A stretch of 32,558 nucleotides of DNA. Origin: a virus. Lineage: Duplodnaviria; Caudoviricetes. Shown here piece by piece: positions 1 through 9,226 of the stretch (the stretch's first letter is position 1; the number at the start of each line of letters is the position of its first letter). Where the stretch lies: IMG/VR virus record IMGVR_UViG_3300028293_000018, positions 1 to 32,558 of that record; one strand, written 5' to 3'. Below the pieces are notes generated by a model. The model saw nothing but the letters and a program-made list of their open reading frames with translations. It did not search any database and was not told the DNA's origin. The position numbers and the translations under genes were made by a program.

Positions 1-2
1 AG

Positions 3-278
3 GGTAAAGAGTTAGACCACTTCAAATGTGACAACCCCGCATGCCGAAACCCAAATCATCTAAAGCCGGTAACACATAAGCAAAATTTGTACAGAAGTGA
101 AAAATGGCGTAAGAATTTTCCTGGTAGTGGAAACACACGAAAGTATCTATTTTCAAAGCGTGATGTAGAACGAATGAGAAAACTGCACGATGAAGGTTTA
201 TCTCAACAAGACATTGCCAACATGTATGGATGTCATCAACCAAGAATTTCGAAAATGTTGCGAGGTTTGATTAGATGA
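3..278 (+). CDS. HNH homing endonuclease with C-terminal HTH (5'-truncated by the window edge)
   Basis: The frame is open from nt 3 and reads GKELDHFKCDNPACRNPNHLKPVTHKQN, a phage HNH signature (DHxCxNxxCxNPxHL..V...N). It continues into the HTH-like LSQQDIANMYGCHQPRISKML. The track start at 87 (TTG) is internal. Confidence 0.85.
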   Translation, partial: GKELDHFKCDNPACRNPNHLKPVTHKQNLYRSEKWRKNFPGSGNTRKYLFSKRDVERMRKLHDEGLSQQDIANMYGCHQPRISKMLRGLIR

Positions 279-1765
279 AATCGAATGAGGTTGGCGCTCT
301 TGTAAGCAATCGAAGAACCGCGTTGTACGAGCCATATCCCGACACCTTGCAGTACTACTTTATGTTCCACCCGCCTGGTTACATGTTTATGCCTCACTAC
401 CGGAGAGGCGGCTGGGATGGATACATCCGACTCTTGAAACGAGGAACAGTTCCTACCGGAGTGTTCTACGCGTTGCGAGATCAGATCGAAAAAGAACTGG
501 GAATTGAGTTCGATGTTGTACGCAGTTTCAAAAAGATCAAACTGCTGGATGACGGAATAAAATCCGATCGCCCTTATCAGAATGACTGCGTTGAGGCGAT
601 GGTCAGAGCATCCCACAAATATGGTGGCGGGATAGTTCTGAATGCAACGGGGTCTGGTAAGACGTTCATTGCGGCAATGTACTTTTCTAGGCTGGTTGGT
701 AACGCATGCTTTCTGGTGGACGAACTGACACTGCTAGAGCAAGCCAGAAAAGAAATCTCGAAAGGGCTGGGAGAAGAAGTTGGAATGATCGGTGACTCTG
801 TGTTCGATCCGCAGCGTATTACGGTCGCTACCAGCCAGACCCTTGACCTTCATTGCAAGAGCAAACAGTACAGAAGCTGGGTCAGCAGTCTGCAAGTGAT
901 AGTGATCGATGAAATCCATCAAGCCATGAGCCGCAGAAATTTCAAGGTGGTAGAAGCTATTGAACCCCCTGTGGTCTTTGGCTTGACTGCAACTCTTCAG
1001 ATGAAGCAAGAACCTGTCCGCTTGAGAGCCTGGGCCCTAGCCGGTCCAACTATTTACGAGTACCCTCTGTCTCAAGGACAGGAAGAAGGGTACCTAGCTC
1101 CGTCTGTAGCAATCCAGATTACCTACACCGGGTATAAGGGGGAGAGTGAAGGATCGTTTTCAGACTACCATGAAGAGTATCTCCACTTCATTGTTGAAGA
1201 CCCGGAAAGAAATAATCTGATCGCTGAGATGGTGAAAGAAGGACGACGGAGAGGAAAATATGTTACCGTTCTGGTTGAAAGAATCCGTCATCTCAAACAC
1301 TTGTCAGAGGCACTGGATGGAATTCCTCATCGCGTGGTCTCTGGTCAGAAACGAGTTGACAAAAGACTGTCTTCGATTTCTTCATTCGAGAAGGGGAAGG
1401 TCAGAGTTGTTCTGGCAAATAAAGTGTTCAAAAAGGGAATCAATCTGAAGAGGCTGGACTGTATCATTGACGGTGCTGCGATGAAGAACAAAAATGATGC
1501 CCAGCAGAAACATGGAAGAGGTGTAAGGCAATGTAACGGAAAAGCTGGTTTGCTCTACTTTGACATAGGGGATTTTGGTAACAGATTTGAGAAAGCAGCA
1601 ACCAGAAGACGACGGGCCTTAAAGGCTCTGGGAATACCATTTCAGAGGATTGAGTACACAGATTCTGAGGGGGAAGTTGGTAAAATCTATGATCGCGCGG
1701 AAAAAGTTCTGGCTAGACGAATTTCGGCTCTAAACCAGGGTACGCAGAAGAAGCTTTTTGAGTGA
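275..1765 (+). CDS. Superfamily 2 DNA helicase (UvsW/ResIII-like)
   Basis: Q-motif RPYQ, Walker A ATGSGKT, DEIH box, motif III TAT, motif V KGINLKRLD, motif VI QKHGRGVR; 496 aa. Confidence 0.93.
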   Translation: MKSNEVGALVSNRRTALYEPYPDTLQYYFMFHPPGYMFMPHYRRGGWDGYIRLLKRGTVPTGVFYALRDQIEKELGIEFDVVRSFKKIKLLDDGIKSDRPYQNDCVEAMVRASHKYGGGIVLNATGSGKTFIAAMYFSRLVGNACFLVDELTLLEQARKEISKGLGEEVGMIGDSVFDPQRITVATSQTLDLHCKSKQYRSWVSSLQVIVIDEIHQAMSRRNFKVVEAIEPPVVFGLTATLQMKQEPVRLRAWALAGPTIYEYPLSQGQEEGYLAPSVAIQITYTGYKGESEGSFSDYHEEYLHFIVEDPERNNLIAEMVKEGRRRGKYVTVLVERIRHLKHLSEALDGIPHRVVSGQKRVDKRLSSISSFEKGKVRVVLANKVFKKGINLKRLDCIIDGAAMKNKNDAQQKHGRGVRQCNGKAGLLYFDIGDFGNRFEKAATRRRRALKALGIPFQRIEYTDSEGEVGKIYDRAEKVLARRISALNQGTQKKLFE

Positions 1766-1961
1766 GAAAAGGTAGAAACCTTAGGGATGAGGACGGTTTT
1801 TCAAGGTGTTGGCCTCGTATTCGTTGGCACAATGCCTCAGTAACCAGGATTCAGGTAGAAAGGCTAGGAAAAAGTTTGAGAGTGAGGAAGAAGAATTTTT
1901 TGAGGCTATATGTCACATGTCGATGTCGACTAATGGCTACTATTCTATCTTCTTACTCTAG

Positions 1962-2049
1962 CAGGCTTCGCCTGACAAATGCTACGCATTTGTTCTATTC
2001 CATACTTCTTAAACCCATATCCATAGTCCTCGTCACTATGGACTATGGA
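1962..2049. repeat. Cluster of three perfect inverted repeats (hairpins) in a probably non-coding gap
   Basis: CAGGC/GCCTG (1962-1974), ACAAATGC/GCATTTGT (1975-1993), TCCATAGTCC/GGACTATGGA (2020-2049). Confidence 0.75.
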
Positions 2050-2088
2050 GTGCTAGTCAGTTTTTTAGGGACGTGTTGGAGGTAACGG

Positions 2089-2259
2089 ATGATTTGGGTG
2101 GTGATCGCGCATGCGGTTATTTTCGGTGGTGCGGGAATTGGGTGGGCTGGCTACGGTGTTTACCGTCGAATAGATCGTTGGGTGGTTGAAGGGTTGTTGC
2201 TGACAGCTTTGGTTGCGGGAAACACGTTGGCGGCTTTGATGTTGTTAAGGAGGATGTGA
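2089..2259 (+). CDS. Small two-helix membrane protein (56 aa, not in the ORF track)
   Basis: RBS GGAGGT at 2078-2083 and ATG at 2089. Reads MIWVVIAHAVIFGGAGIGWAGYGVYRRIDRWVVEGLLLTALVAGNTLAALMLLRRM. The stop overlaps the next ATG (TGATG). Confidence 0.7.
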   Translation: MIWVVIAHAVIFGGAGIGWAGYGVYRRIDRWVVEGLLLTALVAGNTLAALMLLRRM

Positions 2260-2474
2260 TGAATAGTTACGTGGAGTGGATGAGTGGATGTTTGCCGAGG
2301 GGTTGGGCTGTGGTTTGTTGCACAGGTTTGCTCACGTACATTCTTTGGTTGCTGACAGAACTGTACGTGTTGAAGTGTTTCGTCGAAAAACTATACTGCG
2401 TTCCATTCTGGGATGACATGCCGCTGTGGGAACGGTACAAGATGTACAAGAAAACGGGTTCGGTAACGGCATGA
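2259..2474 (+). CDS. Small hypothetical membrane protein
   Basis: RBS AAGGAGG at 2247-2253, ATG at 2259, hydrophobic core, ATGA overlap with the next gene. Confidence 0.65.
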   Translation: MNSYVEWMSGCLPRGWAVVCCTGLLTYILWLLTELYVLKCFVEKLYCVPFWDDMPLWERYKMYKKTGSVTA

Positions 2475-3040
2475 CCAACGAAGACGTTCTCTCGAAACAA
2501 GAACTTGTTCGAAAAGAACTCAGAGCAGCCCGTGTTAAAGCCCATCGAGTTCGAGTTGTAACGAAACGCGTGATGAAAGATTTGTTCGGTGTTGAGAACT
2601 TGTGGCTGACCCCAGCCCAACAGCAACGGATGTACGCGTGGTGGGTTTGGTCGGAGAGGCACCAGGTCTCGATTCGATACATCATCAAGGTCGTGGTGGG
2701 CTGGGCTCGAAAGAAAACAGCCAAGCGCAAAAAGCCACAGCAATTCGGAATGCGGTTGCTGGCGCTCACCGGCAAGAGTGCAGAAAATATTTTACTTTCA
2801 CAGATGCTTGAAGATTTTCCCAACGGTGAACATCGCGACGAGTGGCGGTGGGAAAAACGTGAGCGGCTGATAGGGCTCGATCTACCTAGGGGAAAAGTTA
2901 GGCCATTGCTCAATCCCTTTTCTTTGGATCGAATCCTATACAATTATGGTAAGGGGATAGATCGGCGGGCAAAGAAACTCGACCGAGCAGTTTCATCGCA
3001 GAAACGAACTCGAAGAAAGTGGAGGACAAGCCCTTGGTAG
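2471..3040 (+). CDS. Basic hypothetical protein (possible DNA-binding or replication accessory factor)
   Basis: ATG at 2471 overlaps the upstream stop. R/K-rich, 189 aa, upstream of the helicase/primase genes. Confidence 0.7.
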   Translation: MTNEDVLSKQELVRKELRAARVKAHRVRVVTKRVMKDLFGVENLWLTPAQQQRMYAWWVWSERHQVSIRYIIKVVVGWARKKTAKRKKPQQFGMRLLALTGKSAENILLSQMLEDFPNGEHRDEWRWEKRERLIGLDLPRGKVRPLLNPFSLDRILYNYGKGIDRRAKKLDRAVSSQKRTRRKWRTSPW

Positions 3041-3237
3041 ATAACTATTTGCACGTGGCCGTTGTTCTCGGCATGACTGCTTTCGCAATTCTGATGTTCA
3101 TTTCGATCGGTGTTTCGCTGATTCGGTACACGATCGACAGGTGGCTGGATGCAACTCGCATTGCAGCACTCAAAGACAGGATCGCAGCGTCGTCTAATTC
3201 AGAGAAAGAATACCTAGATGCAATTGGAGACCTATGA
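3019..3237 (+). CDS. Small membrane protein
   Basis: 72 aa with one hydrophobic helix (VAVVLGMTAFAILMFISIGVSLI); ATGA overlap downstream. Confidence 0.6.
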   Translation: MEDKPLVDNYLHVAVVLGMTAFAILMFISIGVSLIRYTIDRWLDATRIAALKDRIAASSNSEKEYLDAIGDL

Positions 3238-3620
3238 GCGTTGATGTTCACGATTGGCGACGCATTCTCAAATCGCACCCCTCGTTGCTCGAACAAATTT
3301 CTGGCGGCGGTTTGCGATTGACACTTGAGGGCAGGTTGTTTGTGCTGGTACTGTTGCAGCACGAGGACTACATCAATCAGGCAAAGTTCAAAGCGATAGT
3401 TGACAGCGAGACCGATGGGCAGAGCATCTACATCAAAACTGCCAAGATGGTTGCTGACGCAGCAACAGAATGGATTGCAAGACACGGTGAGGATCTTGAA
3501 AAGCGAGCGGAAGAGACGTATGAAGGCACGGACTTAAATACGCGGGCGGTTGGGATGTTGATGTGGGTGTTGACTGCATCACAGCAAAATTTCGCTGCTT
3601 CGCTGATCTCAGGTCGGTAA
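3234..3620 (+). CDS. Hypothetical protein
   Basis: 128 aa, GGAG before the ATG, abuts the DnaB-like gene. Confidence 0.7.
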   Translation: MSVDVHDWRRILKSHPSLLEQISGGGLRLTLEGRLFVLVLLQHEDYINQAKFKAIVDSETDGQSIYIKTAKMVADAATEWIARHGEDLEKRAEETYEGTDLNTRAVGMLMWVLTASQQNFAASLISGR

Positions 3621-4991
3621 ATGAGTGGTTATTGGCGAGATGAAGATTTTCAGCTACACCTAGTTGCGTTTCTCTGCAAAGACCGCAACTTTCTACGTGA
3701 CACCGCTCATCTGCTAGAACCAGATGACTTCAAGCCCAAGCCAGGTGAGCCTTCTGAGATTTGGCTGGTGGCGTCGAAGGCGTTGGAGTTCTATGAGAAA
3801 TATCGACAGCCAATTAGTGGCATGCTGCGGACGGAGGTTCTCGATCATTGCCGAAAGACACATGCCAGTGACAAAGCTAAAAACCGACTCATGCTTTTGG
3901 TCGATGAAATCAAATCGAACCACAAAATGGTCGCCGTTGATGCACTGGCAGAAAAAGTAATCGACTATAAGAAAGACAGACTGCGGCGTTCGACAATTCA
4001 GGAGATTCTGGAACTACAGGAGCGGGGACGACTGACAGATGAGAAGTGGACCGAACTGTGCTATGGGGCGATTAAAGAGTTTGGGCAGTTGGATTACAAG
4101 ACCTCAAACTTCTTCGAAGAGTTAGACGACAGAACGATTCGCAGAATAAAAACTGACAACTCAAAGCAACGGCCCTACTTTCTCATCGATCCGCTTGATG
4201 ACATTATTCGTGGACCAGGCCGCGGCCACCTGGCAATCTGGATGGCGTATTTGGGAATGGGAAAGTCGATGGCGTTGGTTTGGATGGCGCTTGCTTATGT
4301 GTTGCAGGGGTTTAACGTTTTGTACATCACACTAGAAGATCCGCGAGAAGAGGTGGAAGATAGATTCGATGCTGCGATAACGCATCTACCTTCGCGACGA
4401 TTGTCAATGTTGCCCCGGAAAATAAAACGACGGTTCAAGCTGTTCATGCGGTTGGTGCACTCGCGCATGAAAATTGTTGACGGTACGGAAGGTGGGATGA
4501 CCGTTCCCCACATGGAAGACATTTGGGAGCGGGAAAGAAATCGTGGCTTCACAGCAGACGCCGTGATTGTTGACTATGACGATGAAATCGTCGCGACCAA
4601 GAAGCAGACCGAACGCAGATTCGAACTCGCTGACATCTATCGCGACCTCAGAAAGTTTGCCGCTCGCAGACAGATTTTTCTTTGGACGGCTGCGCAGACA
4701 ACGCGCAAGACGGAGAAAATGCGTGTTATCAGTTCCGGACAAACTGCTGAGGACATTTCTAAAGCACGCAAGGTCAGATTGGCAATTGGAATCGGTCAAG
4801 GCGATTGGGGCGAGCACTCGCGTTACCTTTACATTGCGAAAAACAACTTTGGTCGGCAGTTCATCGGGCGCAACATTATCGGTAATTTCAGTCACGGTTT
4901 GTTGTACGATCGGGAAGCAACTATAGAAGCGCAAAGGGCGGACCATGAGCAAAAGAAAAAAGAACGAGTTGAAGGCGACGACTCCGAGTGA
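3621..4991 (+). CDS. Replicative DnaB/gp41-like helicase
   Basis: Walker A AYLGMGKS, YITLE (H1a), VIVDY (Walker B), WTAAQ (H3), AEDISK, and IAKNNFG at the H4 position. Confidence 0.9.
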   Translation: MSGYWRDEDFQLHLVAFLCKDRNFLRDTAHLLEPDDFKPKPGEPSEIWLVASKALEFYEKYRQPISGMLRTEVLDHCRKTHASDKAKNRLMLLVDEIKSNHKMVAVDALAEKVIDYKKDRLRRSTIQEILELQERGRLTDEKWTELCYGAIKEFGQLDYKTSNFFEELDDRTIRRIKTDNSKQRPYFLIDPLDDIIRGPGRGHLAIWMAYLGMGKSMALVWMALAYVLQGFNVLYITLEDPREEVEDRFDAAITHLPSRRLSMLPRKIKRRFKLFMRLVHSRMKIVDGTEGGMTVPHMEDIWERERNRGFTADAVIVDYDDEIVATKKQTERRFELADIYRDLRKFAARRQIFLWTAAQTTRKTEKMRVISSGQTAEDISKARKVRLAIGIGQGDWGEHSRYLYIAKNNFGRQFIGRNIIGNFSHGLLYDREATIEAQRADHEQKKKERVEGDDSE

Positions 4992-5274
4992 TGTGTTTAC
5001 AATTGCTGTTGACCATGCGAGCAGTAAAGACTACAGCATGTACTCTTTGGTTCGTACTATAGGACGACCAGGTGATTGGCAGTATCAACAGGTGCTGAGT
5101 CAGCGAAAACCTTTCAAAGAACTTTTCGCAATGCATGGTGGGGTTCGATGCTTGTGGCGAACAAACCACATGCAGGTTTGCGGCAAGGTGCGGAACACGC
5201 TGCGCAGCGCCCAAAGACATTTGGCAGAGCATGTGAGGAGATTACATGGTGAAGAAACAAGAACGACAAAATGA
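4945..5274 (+). CDS. Hypothetical protein
   Basis: 109 aa filling the gap between the helicase and the next gene; start uncertain. Confidence 0.55.
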   Translation: MSKRKKNELKATTPSDVFTIAVDHASSKDYSMYSLVRTIGRPGDWQYQQVLSQRKPFKELFAMHGGVRCLWRTNHMQVCGKVRNTLRSAQRHLAEHVRRLHGEETRTTK

Positions 5275-5275
5275 T

Positions 5276-5491
5276 ATGGTTGTGATATTGAGGGATGCGC
5301 CAGGGAATCGAATTGAGATTTGGCACAACAGCAACGAAGGGAAATTCATCGTTCTGCACAACTACATGGGTCGGGTTGAAGTGATCGATCTATCAACAGT
5401 TGAGTTCATTCACCTGCTGAAAAACGGTTTGGAACATTTCGGTTTGTCTAACGGAGTGGTCGAGAAGCTGGCAACGAAACTAGTTCAATGA
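5276..5491 (+). CDS. Hypothetical protein
   Basis: ATG at 5276 follows the upstream stop; ATGA overlap with the primase. Confidence 0.6.
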   Translation: MVVILRDAPGNRIEIWHNSNEGKFIVLHNYMGRVEVIDLSTVEFIHLLKNGLEHFGLSNGVVEKLATKLVQ

Positions 5492-6441
5492 ACCTACTCG
5501 AATTGCTGGATGAACACGGAATCAAGTACCGAAGGTCTCAATTCGATGAGACCGAAATATTTATCTGTTGTTTGTTCTGTGAGAGCAAAGGACAGAATGC
5601 AGACACTCGATTCCGCTGTGGGCTGAATGTTGAGAACGACAAAGGCCATTGCTTTAACTGCGAATGGAAGACGCGAGCAGCGTTTTCCGAAGTAGCAGCG
5701 ATCTTGGGCGTCACGGTGACTCAGCGTGACGTGCCAGTGCAGGGAGAGACGCCCTCTGAGGACTCCGACCAGTCGACGCCCCTGTCTCTCCCTGATGATT
5801 TTGTAACGTTTCAAAAGGCACCCTCAGGCATACTCTTTGACAGAGCGTTGCGGTATGTGAAGGAGAGAGGGGTGAAGGATTGGCAGATCGAAGAAAAGAA
5901 AATAGGCGTCTCATTCACAGGCAAGTACGCGTACCGAATTATTTTCCCGATCTATTTCAAGCACGAGTTGCAAGGATTTGTTGGCAGAGATTTTACCAAG
6001 CAACAGAAACTTCCGTACTTGAACATGCCGGGAAACAAATCCCTCTACAACGTTCCGCGTGGCCGACGTGCGAAGAAAGTAGTTCTCTGCGAAGGTATCT
6101 TTGATTGTCTAGCAATCGAGCAGACGGTTAGGCTTGCAGATTATGACGTGATGGCGGTGCTAGGGCGATCGTTGACCGAGTTGCAAGAGGAGCAGATTGC
6201 CGACTATCGTGATGTTATACTGTGGCCAGACGGGGACATTCCCGGAGTGAAAGGATTCATCGATGTTGCAAAACATCTGAACCAGAAGCATAGGGTGTTC
6301 GTGGTACCACCCTCAAGCTATGGAAAAGATGCCGCAGAGATGAAACGTGTGCATAGAGATTTCATCTGGACAACGAGATGCAGGTTTGATTCGAATGTGG
6401 AACTGAGACTAAGAGCAGAGGTGGCGTTCAATGCAGACTGA
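5488..6441 (+). CDS. DNA primase (Zn finger + TOPRIM)
   Basis: N-terminal CLFC...HCFNC zinc-binding domain, YRIIFPI, GFVGR, TOPRIM CEGIFD and WPDGD, KDAAE. Confidence 0.92.
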   Translation: MNLLELLDEHGIKYRRSQFDETEIFICCLFCESKGQNADTRFRCGLNVENDKGHCFNCEWKTRAAFSEVAAILGVTVTQRDVPVQGETPSEDSDQSTPLSLPDDFVTFQKAPSGILFDRALRYVKERGVKDWQIEEKKIGVSFTGKYAYRIIFPIYFKHELQGFVGRDFTKQQKLPYLNMPGNKSLYNVPRGRRAKKVVLCEGIFDCLAIEQTVRLADYDVMAVLGRSLTELQEEQIADYRDVILWPDGDIPGVKGFIDVAKHLNQKHRVFVVPPSSYGKDAAEMKRVHRDFIWTTRCRFDSNVELRLRAEVAFNAD

Positions 6442-6745
6442 ATTGAAGTGTTTGTTGGAGTATAGATGTGATGGTGTGCACGCTATCGAAGGTCCAGGGA
6501 CATGCACGGAAGTGAAGTTTATGTACAACGACAAGCCTGAATGGCCACCCCGGTTTTCAAATCATCGGCACATTCGAATGGCGTTGCACGTTGGGAACTA
6601 CTTCTGTGGAGTGTTCCAACCATTTCAAATTTGGGTGCGTCAGGTAGATGTTGATGCTGAACTGCAAGCGGCTCACGACGAGTATAGAGTGCGCTATGAG
6701 AAAGCGGAGATGGGGGACGATGACAAAGCAACTAGTACTGATTGA
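6431..6745 (+). CDS. Hypothetical protein
   Basis: 104 aa, GAGGTG upstream, short overlaps with both neighbours. Confidence 0.6.
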   Translation: MQTELKCLLEYRCDGVHAIEGPGTCTEVKFMYNDKPEWPPRFSNHRHIRMALHVGNYFCGVFQPFQIWVRQVDVDAELQAAHDEYRVRYEKAEMGDDDKATSTD

Positions 6746-7691
6746 CGGAAAGAACTACGCCTACAGGATGCATTTCGTGCATCGGTTTCTGTCAAGCAAG
6801 GGTCGATGCACCTCATTTCTGTTTGGTGGGTTGAACTCACTGGTTGCTCTGGCGCGACAATTGCCTGAAACCGCGTTTGTGTTTGTGTGGGACGGCGCAG
6901 GTGAAACGTGGCGCCACAGATTCAGTGGAGGAGAATACAAAGCCCATAGAACAAATCACGGCGGCGACCCGAAAGAGGACGTTGCTGATCTTTTCCCCCA
7001 GTTGCCAATCTACCAGCAGATGTGGAAGCGGGCAGGCTTTCGATCGTTCGAGATACCAGGACTCGAGTGCGACGATCTAATCGGCATGCTGGCGACGAAG
7101 GCGGTGAAGGCAGAGTTCTTTGAAAAAGTAATCGTTCACTCAACCGATCAAGACTTCTACCAGCTAGCGACAGACAAAATCGGAATCATGCGGGGCAAGA
7201 AACAGGGAGAAGCTAACAACCGAATTATGTTCGCTGGGCAAGTGGCAGAAGAAATCGAGCTACATCCAAAAGATTGGGTCAAGGTGCGTGCGCTGATTGG
7301 TGACCCAACAGACAACATCCCGCATCCGCTCGATGGCGTTGGGCCAAAGAAAGCGGCAAAGATGATTCAGGAAGGGTTGGACCCTTCGAAAGAATGGGAG
7401 AAGCAAGACTACCGAATCAAGTTTAACTTCTCGCCGGTCAAATCACGATGGCCGATTATCCGATCGAACTATGTTCTCTCGCACATCTTGCGGAACGCTG
7501 AGAGTGAACATCTCGACGATCTCACGAAACAAAAGGTCGAGGTTTTGTTGGATGGTTTATCGCGCAAGCAGTTTCTGCGAGAGAAAAGCAAACTGACGGA
7601 CGATGGCTTTGAGGAGTTTACAAATTTCTGTTTCGAATATGATCTCGCCGACATATTCGCCAGCAGGGTTAGCATTTGGAAGCTACCCTGA
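6720..7691 (+). CDS. 5'-3' exonuclease / flap endonuclease (PolI N-terminal-like)
   Basis: LVLIDG, FVWDG, WRH...YKAHR, ECDDLIG, STDQDFYQL, GDPTDNIP, and the HhH motif GVGPKKA. Confidence 0.93.
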   Translation: MTKQLVLIDGKNYAYRMHFVHRFLSSKGRCTSFLFGGLNSLVALARQLPETAFVFVWDGAGETWRHRFSGGEYKAHRTNHGGDPKEDVADLFPQLPIYQQMWKRAGFRSFEIPGLECDDLIGMLATKAVKAEFFEKVIVHSTDQDFYQLATDKIGIMRGKKQGEANNRIMFAGQVAEEIELHPKDWVKVRALIGDPTDNIPHPLDGVGPKKAAKMIQEGLDPSKEWEKQDYRIKFNFSPVKSRWPIIRSNYVLSHILRNAESEHLDDLTKQKVEVLLDGLSRKQFLREKSKLTDDGFEEFTNFCFEYDLADIFASRVSIWKLP

Positions 7692-7710
7692 GGATTTCTC
7701 AAAGTGCCTC

Positions 7711-7738
7711 TTGCGCCCCGACTGCTTTCGATTATAAT
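7711..7738 (+). promoter_or_regulatory. Putative sigma70-type promoter
   Basis: TTGCGC (7711-7716), 16-nt spacer, perfect TATAAT (7733-7738), in a 132-nt intergenic gap upstream of the sigma-like gene. Confidence 0.6.
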
Positions 7739-7766
7739 TCGCCCATCGGTCGAAGCTGATTCTGTA

Positions 7767-7790
7767 GTGAAGCAAGCGAGGTTGCTTCGC
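7767..7790 (+). other. 5'-UTR hairpin
   Basis: GTGAAGCAA / TTGCTTCGC 9-bp stem (one G-U pair) with a 6-nt loop, between the promoter and the GGAGG RBS. Confidence 0.5.
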
Positions 7791-7823
7791 CTGAAAACGT
7801 GTTGAACTACATTTTGGAGGCTC

Positions 7824-8387
7824 ATGGTGAAACGTCCCGTAGTCGTAAACTATACCCGTCTAGTTACGCAAATGGCTCTGGCAACGTGGCGAAAGTTACC
7901 ACCGCAGCCACGACGTTGGATGGATCCCGCTGATTTGATTCAGGAAGGAATGTTGTTTGTAAAGCAGCAGGTCACTAAATGGCGTCCGCATCGTGCAACG
8001 TTTATGACGTTCATCCACATAAGCCTGGAGCAGTTTTACCAACGCATCTTAGCAGCGCACTACACGCAGAAGCGTAGCAAATGTGATCTTGTCTCCGTTG
8101 ACTCTGTTCTCTTCCGACTCTCTTCTGTAGATCCGATCGAAAAAGAAATCCACGCAGTTGAATCCCTCCGCAAGATCATCAAAGTGGCATCGCCTCCGCT
8201 TAGGCGCTCGATCAGGACGTGGATGTTCACCAAAAAGCACGCTCACTTTCGCGGTGAAAAATTCTACGACGTGAGAGATGAGATGCAGGTGTTGTGCCAG
8301 TACTATGGCTTCACCCGAGAGGACATGGAGTTCTTGTTGCTGCATGAAACATGGCGGCAGCAGGTAGCCATTGACCTGAATCTCTAG
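7824..8387 (+). CDS. Phage RNA polymerase sigma-factor-like protein
   Basis: Sigma70 region-2-like ADLIQEGMLF...KWRPHRATFMTFIHISL; strong RBS GGAGG. Confidence 0.7.
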   Translation: MVKRPVVVNYTRLVTQMALATWRKLPPQPRRWMDPADLIQEGMLFVKQQVTKWRPHRATFMTFIHISLEQFYQRILAAHYTQKRSKCDLVSVDSVLFRLSSVDPIEKEIHAVESLRKIIKVASPPLRRSIRTWMFTKKHAHFRGEKFYDVRDEMQVLCQYYGFTREDMEFLLLHETWRQQVAIDLNL

Positions 8388-8432
8388 CTGTTGCTACTTT
8401 CTTCCATCCGAAATCTATACAATATGTAAGAG

Positions 8433-9032
8433 ATGCGATTCGCCGCGAAGATAGGGATGCTCGAGTGCATCCTATGTGAGAAGCACTTCAACACACAGGA
8501 TGTAACAGAGTTAAAGTTTTTTCCATCAACGGGTATCTGCTTCGATTGCTACAAAGCTGGCGTTGATGCCCCGTACCAGAAATGGTGCTTCGGGAAAACT
8601 AACATCTATGGACCAGGTGGTCGCATTCTGAATCACGGCTACGACCCAGATGTGCGAGAATGTAGAAAAGAATGTCCAGACAGAAAACTCTGCCCGTTGT
8701 TTGTTACCGGGCAGATCAATGATTGGAAGGCGGGAGAGATGGTTCGATTTCGAGACGTCCCAGTGAGTGAAGTTGAACGGAAGAAAAAGCAGAAACAGTA
8801 CACGGGCCCGAAGTTGCCGTTTCGGCAAACCGGTGCAATGACCACGCAAGCGTTTCTAATGTGCATGAAAGGCGTGATGGTGGATGATCTGGTAAAGTGG
8901 GTGAAGTTGCAAGGCGGCAGTTCTCAACGCGTGCTTCGAATTATGCGTGGCGGAGTGTTCAACGGCAAGCGTTGGAAAGTGAATGAGGCTAACGGTTATT
9001 TGAAAATCTTTTACGAGGGTCAAGATGCATGA
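8433..9032 (+). CDS. Cys-rich zinc-finger protein, possibly DNA-binding
   Basis: CILC, CFDC, CFG...CRKECPDRKLC clusters and a basic C-terminal region. Confidence 0.7.
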   Translation: MRFAAKIGMLECILCEKHFNTQDVTELKFFPSTGICFDCYKAGVDAPYQKWCFGKTNIYGPGGRILNHGYDPDVRECRKECPDRKLCPLFVTGQINDWKAGEMVRFRDVPVSEVERKKKQKQYTGPKLPFRQTGAMTTQAFLMCMKGVMVDDLVKWVKLQGGSSQRVLRIMRGGVFNGKRWKVNEANGYLKIFYEGQDA

Positions 9033-9226
9033 CGCTGGTCGAATATCTGAAACTCCGCAGGCAGGTTGAGCAAGCCGATCCGAAACTGATCGAGCAGGCG
9101 CAAGCTTTAGCGAAGACCATTACGGGTGTGACAACAGATCAAAAGTGGGAAGCACTGATTGAGAAAGCAGAACATGACGAACGAAAACGAATCGAAAGTG
9201 AATCGGAAAGTGGGGCTCAAGCGTGA
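9029..9226 (+). CDS. Small helical hypothetical protein
   Basis: 65 aa, ATGA overlap with the upstream gene. Confidence 0.55.
   Translation: MTLVEYLKLRRQVEQADPKLIEQAQALAKTITGVTTDQKWEALIEKAEHDERKRIESESESGAQA

Noticed and set aside
1762-2085. 107-aa ORF after the SF2 helicase
   Set aside because: No recognisable motif and it overlaps the hairpin cluster. The GTGA overlap means it cannot be fully excluded, but I did not call it.
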